A stretch of DNA of 64,000 bases from Glycera tridactyla. Its lineage: Eukaryota. The notes beneath the pieces were generated by a model. It saw only the letters and a list, made by a program, of their open reading frames with translations, was not told where the DNA came from and made no database searches. This document shows, piece by piece, positions 18,692 through 29,361 of this stretch (position 1 is the stretch's first letter; every line of letters begins with the position of its first letter). Both the position numbers and the translations under genes were made by a program. The stretch is from contig OZ286473.1 in assembly GCA_965644265.1 (NCBI GenBank), positions 72,354,001 through 72,418,000 on the forward strand. Direction: 5' to 3'.

Positions 18692-19384
18692 ATTTCCTTC
18701 TCTCGAGTACTGCTCGAATGGAAGCATTGCTCTTTTGCTGCCAGCCAGGTAAATAGTTGAATATGTCAGCGTTAGCTTCTCCATAACAAAATATCTGGTC
18801 CCTGTCAGCTTGTGTTCAGAGTTTGCTAGCGTAATCCCTAAATTGGACGGAACCCCCACTACAGCGTAGGGTAGACGATTACTATCGGATTTGTGGGAGG
18901 AGAGGATGTTGGTTAGCCAGTGATTGATGTTGATGGAAGGCGAACAATTATCCCTGACAGTTGGTGCATCCATCGTGTTTTAGTGGGAATAAAACCGAAT
19001 CGTATCATTGTGCAGCCACCGATGTGTTTACAACTAGACCACACACCTGTTTGAGGAAATATTGACTGCAATTTGGCCCTTTAATTTGTCTTTCACTGAT
19101 CATTATTCCATTCCATCATCCCTTTCCAGGTACTCATTTCGTTCGTTCGTGCGTGTTCGCACTCATTCCGTATTCACGCATGCTTATGTAAGTGGGTTTC
19201 TTGCAGACTATAGAAACGTTTCCAGGGACAGATATGAACATTTCTTCGTGATAAATATTGTTTTCTATATAAATTTGGTACGACTCTCAATTATGTCACT
19301 AACTGGGCAAAAAGAGGTTGAGCCCTATTCATTCCATCAATTTTCTATTAGGAACAAAATCATAGGTGCTTCGAGACCAACATA

Positions 19385-20450
19385 GAATGACGGATATCTG
19401 CAAATGACTGCAACAACAAATGAGGACATCCTCATCCGTTCAAATGATGATACTGCACATCAATATCTTGGAAACACATGCCAGCAACATACCAGCAATT
19501 GACAATGTGCATTGATATCGATTTCTGTTTCGTGTGCGAGCAACATATAGACAAAAACATACGTCGATACAATATAATTCTTATCCGTCGTAGTGAGAGA
19601 ATAAGCGGGGTAACTGCAAGTGAAGGGTGGGATGCAATAATGATAGGTATAAGTGAAAGAGTCGGGATGCTTTCGGTGAAATTGAAAGAAACAAACACTA
19701 CAAGGACGAGATACAGGTGCATACAATAGGTTTATATGCAACATTTCTCATTTTCTGCCCTCGATGATTAAATTTGGATGATCGAATTTAGATGATCTGT
19801 GCCGAGACGACGGGGTAATATCATCACGATTCCATGTTCCAACCAATCTGAACATCATGATTTGTTCGTCACGACAAGTTGCAAATTATCAATAGTGTAT
19901 TATCGGGCTGTAGTATTTTACCTCTTTCTCAAGTCGACAAAGATTCTGAGAGTTGTTGTAGAAATATCTAACACCTTGATAGCTCCGCTATCTCGGGGTC
20001 TCGAGTAATCCCACCCGGACGATGAGATGTCAAATCCCACGCATTGCATCCATCTCCCATTGAGAACGGAATGACGGATATCAGCAAATGACTGCAACAA
20101 CAAATGACGACATCCTCATCTAGTCACATGATGATACCGTACATCTATTATCTTGGAAACACATGCCAGCAATATACCAGCAATTGACGGTGTTTATTGA
20201 AACCAACTTCTGTTTCACAGACATGATCATATTTATCCTTGCTAATGACATATGTTGATACAATAAAAAACATAGAGTCGCCTATTCATCGTAGTGAGAG
20301 AGTAAACTGTGTAACTCGAAGTCTGGGATGGAGTGATGATAGGTATGAGTGAAAGAGTCGGAGTGCTGTCAGTGAAATTGTAAGAAAATGTAACAAACAC
20401 CACAGAGACGATTTACAGGTGCATACAATAGGTTTATATACAACATTTCT
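19385..20450. repeat. Diverged direct repeat pair (19385-19748 and 20069-20450)
   Basis: Both start GAATGACGGATATC(T/A)GCAAATGACTGCAACAACAAATGA and end CAATAGGTTTATAT(G/A)CAACATTTCT. Confidence 0.85.
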
Positions 20451-21199
20451 AGCTACCAGTAAGCATATTCCTCGTGAAATACGGTTTGAGCTTTGCTCCT
20501 GATTAAGGTCCTAATGTGATCGAGGTAAACTGAGTAAATCCACCTGTCTATCAATGCAAATTAAGACAGGCTAAGCCTTGCAGTGTCTGTGACTTGCCAT
20601 AAAAACTTGAGGTGTGATTTCAATAATGAATGTCAAGCCAAACACGCCTGACGCTAATTCAATCTGTGCCTCCAGACCCCGCCAATGATAAATGAAGCAA
20701 TCCTCCGAGGTGTTGCTGTGTTGCCGAGAAGTGACTTAGATGTCAGCCATGAATTACAGCCACTCACACAAGGAAGAGGATTATAGTAAAAAAAACATGA
20801 GTGGGATTGACACCGGAAGTATCTCATGAGATGGGATTGGTGGGGGACATCAACCCGAGACCGTTGAGGCCCCACATTGACCTTCTCCGGAACATCCCAA
20901 TATCCCAGTATTGCTTCCTTTTGTGACAACTAGGACAGTCTGAACAATACATTTTCCTCATTTAATGCATGCTGAGTGGTCATTTCACTTTTGATATAAC
21001 ATACATTGCAGTGGGTTCGACCAGACGAACGTGAACAATACTGAATTCATATGGTACAGTTGGAGAACCAGACAAGATACAATGCTGTAATATCGTGGGG
21101 TTGTATTAGATGAATTATCAAGATCATAATTGTCAGTTTGTGTACAAGGTGGATAATTGATGAATACACGGAATAGTCTCAAATTGGCAGAGAAAATAC

Positions 21200-24100
21200 C
21201 TCTGGATTCCAGCAACGTACATATGTTGCATCTTCTTTAACTATAAGCCATGAAGGGTTAATGTAATTTTAATCAGTGGACACTTCAGATGAAACCAGCC
21301 TGATACGTGGGTTGACTACACAAACCATATCTCATAGGCTCAAGGCAAATGGTCCCATTCCCTGACGCGATTACTAGTATCCTCTTCCTTCGATAGTTGA
21401 ATTCAACTGGAAAAATATCCATTATAATTTTCGCGGCTTTCCAGTACTGATACGTCAAGCATCTCGGAAATGCACATTGATATCCATGAATATTTGATTG
21501 TATGTACTTAGATGATTACGCTCCCCGAACTTGTAGAAGACGAGATAGCCAGAGAGACATAACCACCGATAGACATTCCGATAGACCAAATACATGGAGA
21601 GATCCACAGATGTGCAGATAGATGAGCTCAAGCACGGAGTTGGGATTCATTGTGATATCTAGATTGAAAGTGGTCAGTCTGATGGTCAGAGAGGACGACA
21701 TCCCTTCTCTGATGCACTAGCCATGATAGTATTGGCTGATATATGCAAGCTCATGATGGAATGTGCGGATGCCTGCCATGATAAGTTGTGATGCTGCCAT
21801 CATCATAAACAAACATAATGATACTGGTTGCTCTAGCTTTAGTTGGGCTAATCAGGTGCCGAATAAGCAATCTATTTGTATATCATTATGCAATATAGCA
21901 TCAAGTGATATCCAGGGCCAGCCATCGTCCTCTCATAAAACCTCATGAAAATCCATTAATAATCAGACCGTCAAGAGTTCATGAAGCATTGGATGAATGA
22001 GATTGACTTCTGGTGCGATGTTTTCGCAACGAACTTGAGATGGTCAACATGGCATCATGGTGACTTTACTGGGGGCAATTCGACCTTTTTCTCAAGTGAA
22101 ACTGCATGTTCATTACTATTCATTAACCATGACGTGAGTAAGCGAAACATTTCAGCCACTCAACTGACCTCATCACCAGTTGAACGGATTCGAAAAAATG
22201 GCACTATTGCCTTAATTAGAAAGAGTCCAATTCTCATAGCAGACAGAAAAAAAGTTCAATCCCAGATCCTATATGGTAGAATACCGAATAGATTTTCAAT
22301 ATTGTTATGAATCTTTGTCTCAGAGATGACTATACTGGGATTTTCTGATGTATTATCTGACAACCCTGAATTGATTTCACTGAAATATGGTCTTGTACCG
22401 AAAAATCGTAGATCTCCCATTATGTGAAATTTAAGTGAGATATCCTACTCAAAATAGAAGGAAACGATAGAAGCAAACAGTTGGAAAAGGCATACCACCG
22501 AGGTATGCCTCAAGTGGATAAAAACGTATGTGTATGCGGTGATTAATTCGATGTCAGATATCCTAATTATCTCATTCAATCACCGCAGCCAAGGAGAACA
22601 AGCTAGACGGAAAACACTAGCCTCTAGAATAGTCACAATCTAATCAACACTAGAGAGTAGAGAAACTATCGACAATCTCGCTCAAATTAAACACGGACAA
22701 CATACCACCACGGCTATAAGAATAACTCTTACCGGTGTGCCCATGCATACTTGTGAGTAGTGGGAGAGGAGAGTTCGGAATCAGTGGTAGAAAACTGCGC
22801 CCCACAGACATCAGACATGTCAATAATGTATACAGTTGTAAGTGCATCTCAGTTTGGGGTATTAATTCGATGAAGTCGGACCTGCCTACAGGGGCCAGCC
22901 TTGGCTGTAACGCCTTAAATGTAGTAGGTTGAGCAACCCATTGATTGATCACTGAAATGTAGATCTAACTGCAACTCTGTAAAGCAGTACTCATCGAATA
23001 GACATCCATTGATCGAGACAGTCAAAGAAATAAGTACAGCAATGCACTAATTGACAGCATGCTCGAACGATTGATCGATTTATCGATCGATTTGATGACT
23101 AATTGATCAAGTGATTTCATGAAACCAGACTATGTGCTGAAAAGAAGAGCACCCGGGGCTAGGAACCATCCATGCCCTTCATGAAATGTACAGAGTGACA
23201 GGATGGCCGAGTAAACATCAGTAACCATCCATATCTCATCGAAACTTTCAATATGGCCGATGAAACCTCACCCGACCTCCGAATACTGAATTTCCAACAC
23301 CACATTGGAACAAACGTGTGACCCAGTAGTGAGAGGTTATAGAATAAAGAGTACAAAATCAGGAGAAGATCAAGAGAGCAGAAGAAGAAGAGTGAGAAGA
23401 ATAAAAACAACGAGAACAAATATTAGAGGTACCAGTCGCTGGTGAGGAAATCAGATGCCTCTGGGTGTATGTCGGGGTTTGTGTCAGATCATGAAGTCTC
23501 TGTGAACCCTCATACAATCTTGTTGACCCCTAGTACACGAAGAAGCTTCGCGGCCCCCGGTCAAGAATATTTCCATATTCCTCTCAAATTAGCCGGGTTC
23601 AAAACCCTACCCAAATTCCTCTCAAGATACTTCTACCCATGACTGAGGATTGTATATACAGAATGAGTAGATTAGGGAGTTAGCAGAGATGCATACATAA
23701 GGTGCATGGCAGAGAGACATTTTCTAGGATCATCAGTTGACCATTAGTGACTCGAGTGAAGTGGACCCACCTCACTTCGGTGCAGATGAGAAGCATGACA
23801 AGTGAGAAAAGTCCACTCTTGAAATTGGCCTTCATCTCATTACCAGATTGAGAGACAGGTCATTCAAATGTGATGTGTCATCATTATCAAAGCAATATTG
23901 ACAGCTGTCAAGCTAATGGGAACAAATCGGTTGTGACCGAGCCAGCCATTGTACTTCGCACAGATGGGTCATGACTGTAGCTTTCCCACACCCATCAGAC
24001 TTTGCGCGTGTGATGCGAAAGAAAGTTCCTATTAGGTCTCATCATGCTTCAATATATGTGGGTCTCTACATGTATCATACAGGATGTTTGAACATACGTG

Positions 24101-25000
24101 TTCAAGGAGGCCGTCGTTAGACCTCCCAGCGTCTGCCCACTTCCATCAACATTAACATCACATTTGATTCTTATCAATCGATCCTCCACCCAACAACTCG
24201 ATCACCAATCCACCAACCAATCACTCACCTAACTGACCAGCGGACAATGAATATACCAACAAACCTGCAAATCCGCAAACATTCGAACAACCATCCAACC
24301 AACCATCGAATTAACCAACAACCATCAAACCATCTATCCAACAACAATACACAATCCAATCTGGCAACCAATCATTTGGGTTACATTCGAGCCGACCTAA
24401 ATCATCTCTAGTTCCCTGATGAGACGTATAGCGATGCAGAATTTCGACTATTCCTGAAACTCTGAATGACCCCGAGTTATATATCACTTGTTGGTTCAGA
24501 CTGGTTAATTCGCACGGATCCATGTGACCAAGCAATATGTACCGATAATTAGCTCAGGAAATATTGCCCAAGCATATCCCCGTTTTACCTAGCATGAACA
24601 GAACTAGCAAATCCTAACAGGACCTCAAAATGTATAGACATCAGTTAATCACTGGGAAATGTATCCGACTGAAATGGGGCGTTGGTGCCCACACCTTCTT
24701 TTGCATCCACAGAAATAGGTGGATTTATCTGTTCCATGATGTTTAATGGCATGTATCAACCCATATGATTTTGTATGCTTTGTTTTCCTGATTGATGAAA
24801 TCCAGATGTTCTGCCTCCGGCAGAGTTCACTCACAGACCCTGAGCAGAAGATGATTGGGAACCTGAAAGGTTGTCAAGTGAAAGTAGCTGACAGTTCAGA
24901 CACACATCTAACATGAATATAATGAATCTGGCAATGGCATATCCAAATGTCTAACTGGCTGCCAGCTGATACTCAAGTCTGATAGCTATGCTTTCTTTCT
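21200..25000 (-). pseudogene. Possible highly decayed tyrosine-recombinase retrotransposon remnants
   Basis: Faint peptides only: SLCLF...IMAGIRTFHH near 21740-21830 and LLSLDN...LCRRQNI near 24800-24900. No intact ORF. Confidence 0.25.
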
Positions 25001-25919
25001 GGGCAAAGCGTGGTATTTGAAACAAGGAAAATGATCAGGCTCGGAAATACCCTAACTAAACCCAGGTTTTTTGTGATCTCCGTTGGAGATCATTATGCTG
25101 CCACCTCTCTGCTCGAAATGCTTTCTAAGTTTGCCGATTCTGACTCTGGAGGCTGATATGATCAAACGAATCTTGATCGGATCTGTGTGAAAGGATCGAA
25201 TGATCTAATCTAACACAATTTTAAGATGATTTATTGATCTGAGGAACGACAATTCGAGGAAATGTACCGATTACGTAATGGACATTTCGCCATACATTCG
25301 TTTTTGTTGCCGATTACCAAAGCATACAGATACAACAGCTCAGAGATGTATAGCTACGCACAAATAGTAAATGTCTGTCAATCAAGCTCTCTGGGCACGC
25401 CCACTTCAGAGCCGGGACTACTTTTTCACACAAATAGTGCAGTGTATTGGGGCTAAATAACAGATGAAATATCAGACTCACAGTGAAAATGATCATATGA
25501 ATGGATTGCTTTACATCCATTCATCTTATCTGTATGCATGAATCTTGAAAGATCCATGTTTTGGTCAATATGATCATTTGTAGGGGTGTAAAGTAGTGCC
25601 TCTTGTTCGAACCTCATTACCAGGTTTGATGGATCACTGCGCCGATTCATGAATGAAGTTGTAGATGGCATGTGTAAAACCAGCAAATCAGAAAGCAGCA
25701 CTAGCACGAATGAGGGCGATTCGATGAATGTTTCAGTTTGTGATGGATCTTGAGTGTCTGTGAATTTCATAAATTTTCACCTTCTGTTTGGGACCCAGAA
25801 GAAGAAGTCTTGGAAGATCACACCCATGCCCATTGCATGGGCGTCACAATATAGCCCAACAACCAACAACTGGAACATGGCCATAAGACAAATCCACAGG
25901 TGGCTCGCTCATGACTCGC

Positions 25920-25971
<52 letters not shown>

Positions 25972-26007
25972 ATTTCGGAGATCTCTCGGTGCCCCTGGGC
26001 GCTCTTG

Positions 26008-26193
26008 TTATGTAACCTGGCTGTTAATATCTACCTGTCTCTCCCTCAAATTTAGCATCCCACATGCCTAAATACCTACGTTCGAACTTCACAACAAAGT
26101 GAAGATTTCACTAGATGGACCTCCATGCCTCCCCGATGCCTCCAGCCACCTAGTGCCGCCAATGCCTCACTAGTGACCTGGCGACCTCTGTGC
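26008..26193 (-). repeat. DIRS 3' inverted terminal repeat (26021-26193) plus 13-nt terminal extension (26008-26020)
   Basis: Reverse complement of 33337-33510 with a few mismatches; the extension TTATGTAACCTGG is complementary to the ICR. Confidence 0.9.
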
Positions 26194-26247
26194 ATGCGCG
26201 CGGTGTATTTTCACAACAATCAGCGGGACGGATGGGAGGGTCCATCT

Positions 26248-26343
26248 ATTTGAGGGAGAGACAGGTAGGTATTAACAGCCAGGTTACATAAAAAACCTGG
26301 GTTTAGTTAATACCGTCCCTGTCTCTCCCTCAAATTTAGCATC
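26248..26343 (-). other. DIRS internal complementary region (ICR)
   Basis: 26248-26291 is the reverse complement of 26008-26051 (1 mismatch); 26307-26343 is the reverse complement of the 33472-33508 terminus. Confidence 0.9.
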
Positions 26344-26378
26344 AGAATATAGCACGGATGGTGGGCGAATTACCCAAA

Positions 26379-27450
26379 TTACTCAGGAGGCAAAACAACC
26401 GTTTGCTCCACTACTAATGGTCCCAATGAATATAAATCCATTGCTTGACCACAAAGATCACGCAGATAGAAGGTAGCGAAAGTGTTCGCAGACCTCCAAT
26501 ATGCTGCTTGCATGATTTCATGCAAGATGAGTTCCTATTAAACATGCGCCAAGATGAAGCCAATGCTCTCACCTCATGCGCAGAAACTCTTTTTTTCTGA
26601 TAAAGAACCATCAGACTGACTGTGTGCTCTTAAAACAAGATCTTGAACCCATTTCGAGATCCTGTCCACTCTGATTTCTGTCCTACTTGTCTCAGAAATA
26701 GAAAGAAATAACTGTCTCCTGTCTCCTCTAAAATGAGATACCCTATCAAGGTAAATCTTCTGAGCTCTGGCAGGAAAAAGTGTTGCATCATTACCACTAC
26801 CATCAATGGTAGACAAGGCCGGTATCTGAATAAAAGGACTTTCCTTGTCCGAAGGTTGATTCTTTGCAAGAAAACCTGGCAAAGAAGTTAGAGTAACCTT
26901 GGAAAGACTGCAAGTGATCTAATCGCCTGAGGGAGGCCAGATAACGTATGTAACTCGTTCCTTCTTCTTCCAGATGCCAACGCGGTTAAAAACGCGGTCT
27001 TTAGAGTCAAGGACTCCAAACTTGCCTGATCAAGAGGTTCAAATGGAGCTTCCGTTAAGAACCTTAAAACTATAGGCAAGTTCCAGGCTGGTACAATACT
27101 TCTGTGAATCTGCCTCTCTAAAGACATATTACGAAATAAGGATTTCAAGTCTTTAGAATCTAATATTTGGTTGTCAAAATGACAAAAAACTGAAGCAATA
27201 GCCGATCTATAACCTCTCAATGTTTCAACCAACTTCCCTTGATCCCACAGAAATAAGAAAAAATCAATGATCATAGCCAGTGATATATTAACCGGATCAA
27301 CCCGATGGTCCCCACACAACTGGTCCCAGATTTCCCATCGAGCATTGTACACCTTGTCTGTGGACCCCCTGGTTGGTTTAGAGATTCTATTGACTGCCTC
27401 AGCAGAGAAGCCTTTCTCGACTAGAGCATACCTGATAAACACCAGGCGTG
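26379..27450 (-). pseudogene. DIRS tyrosine recombinase, disrupted
   Basis: PAWNLPIVL, ALASGRRRNEL (catalytic Arg region), AHEVRA (HxxR) and W.S.NTFATFYLRDL (catalytic Tyr), split over several frames. Confidence 0.9.
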
Positions 27451-27960
27451 AAGGTTCAGGACTTGAGGCTTCCAATGATTTAGCCTCTTCCCCTTCACCA
27501 CCTTGGTTAGAATGTCCCTGTGAGTCGGCAACTCCACTGGGCTTGTCACAGACATTTCCAGCAAATCCTGAAACCATGCCTGGTTGGGCCACCAGGAGGC
27601 CATACAAATCAGAACAAGGTCTAGATTTTGAAGCTCGTTCAGCACCTCTCTGATGAGGGCTGTCGGAGGATATATATATGCTATTTGGAACTGATCCCAT
27701 GGGATAGACATGGCATCCACGGCCAGTGCCATTGGATCGGGAAAAGGGCTTACAAATACTGGAAGCTTCTTGTTCGCATATGTAGCCATCAGATTTACTG
27801 TTAGTGATACTTGAAACCACTCCAACACCTTCTGAAATGTCGCCCTGTCCGGTTCCCATTCCGTCTGAATTGGTTTGGATCTGGACAGGGTGTCCGCCAG
27901 CACATTCCTGCTCCCCGGATATGTCTGATCTGTAATATTGCCCCTCAACTTTCCACAAAC
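27421..27960 (-). pseudogene. DIRS DNA N6-adenine methyltransferase-like domain
   Basis: NVLADTLSR...VNLMAT..NKKLPVF...VDAMSIPW...YIYPP...ASWWPNQAWF; the usual DLFA motif reads NLMA. Confidence 0.8.
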
Positions 27961-29340
27961 ATTAGAGTCTGCCAGGCAAGGCCACACAGCAATGCGCTGT
28001 GTGTCCCCCATAGATTTCTGATATAGGCCACTGCTGTGGCATTGTCTGACGATAGAAGAACTCTTTTCCCCACTATCCATTCGTGAAAGGTCTCTAGAGC
28101 CAGCAGTATAGATTCCAGCTCTAGGGAATTTATGGACCTTTCTTTGTAACTGAGAGGCCGCTCCCCCAAAACTTCCCTCTCTTCCTGAAATGTCACTGTT
28201 GCCCCCCAGCCTGTCAGAGAAGCATCAGTCGTGATTACTATTTGAGGCTTTGGAGGCTGTAGAGGAATACCTTGTAAAGTATTTCCTCTGGACATCCACC
28301 AGTTCAGTATTTCCAGAACCTCCTCCGACAGAGTGACCAGAGACTCTATGTCGTCGAAGTGAGGTCTCCAAACAGACAAAAGGTAAAGCTGGATTGGTCT
28401 CATATGGAGCCAACCCAGATGGATGACGTCCGAGAGACTGGAAATGTGTCCCAAGAGTCTTGATATCGCTCTTGCTGGTTGGACAGGGCATCTCAAGAAT
28501 AATCTGACACATGCCTCCAGCCTCTCGATTCTCTTCAATGTTGGCTTCACTAGACTCTCTACAGTATTGAATTCTACGCCCAGGTAGGAGAAATTCTGAC
28601 GAGGAGTCAATTCTGACTTCTCCAAATTTACCATTCAACCTAGGCCCTCTGCTATCTCCAGCACATAGTAGAATTGATCTAGAAGGATCGATCGGTTCTG
28701 ATGGCAAATTAACAAATAGTCCAAGTAGAGATGGATTTTTATGCCACGCATATGTAGATGGTGCGCCATCTCTCTCAAAACCATCGTAACGACTTGAGGA
28801 GCAGAGCAAAGGCCGAACAGCAGGGCTCAAAACTGGTAAGCTCTGTCCTTTGAAACTGCAAATCTCAAGTACTTATGATAGTTCTCGTGTATCGGGTGGT
28901 AAAAAAAAGCATCCTTGAGATGGATTGACAACGACCAATCCCCCGGAAGTACTGATTTCACCACTGACCGCACGGTTTTCATCTTGAACGATTGATTGTA
29001 CATCGACCTGTTCAAGGGTTTTAGGTTGATGATAGGACGGAAACCGCCGGTCGACTTGCTCACTAAAAACAGATTGCTGTAATATCCCGGACTTCCGTCC
29101 TTCTGTAGGGGAATTATAGCTCCCTTTTCTAACATCTTGTCTATTTCTTCCTGTAAAGCGAGATGTTTGGGGCTTCCTGTTCTTGGCCCTTAGAATGGCA
29201 AGAAAACCTCTGATAGGTTTGGTTGGATATTGAACGATAGGGAAAAGCCCTTCTCAATTATTTCTAATACAAATCTGTTTTCTGTGATATTTCGCCATGC
29301 TGGCAGGAATTTCATCAGTCTGGCCCCTACACAAGTATCT
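27945..29340 (-). pseudogene. DIRS reverse transcriptase / RNase H, inactivated
   Basis: GYYSNLFLVSK..GGFRPIINLK, IHLKDAF, YLDY, TDASLTGWGA, INSLEL and SDNATAVAYI; in-frame TGA stops at 28827-28829 and 28635-28637. Confidence 0.93.
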
Positions 29341-29361
29341 GACAGAGTCGCGCCCCCCATC

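Noticed and set aside
17876-18760. Repeated MNLSNLLFSLTKSY ORFs
   Set aside because: By-products of the terminal sub-repeats; lengths and ends are inconsistent.
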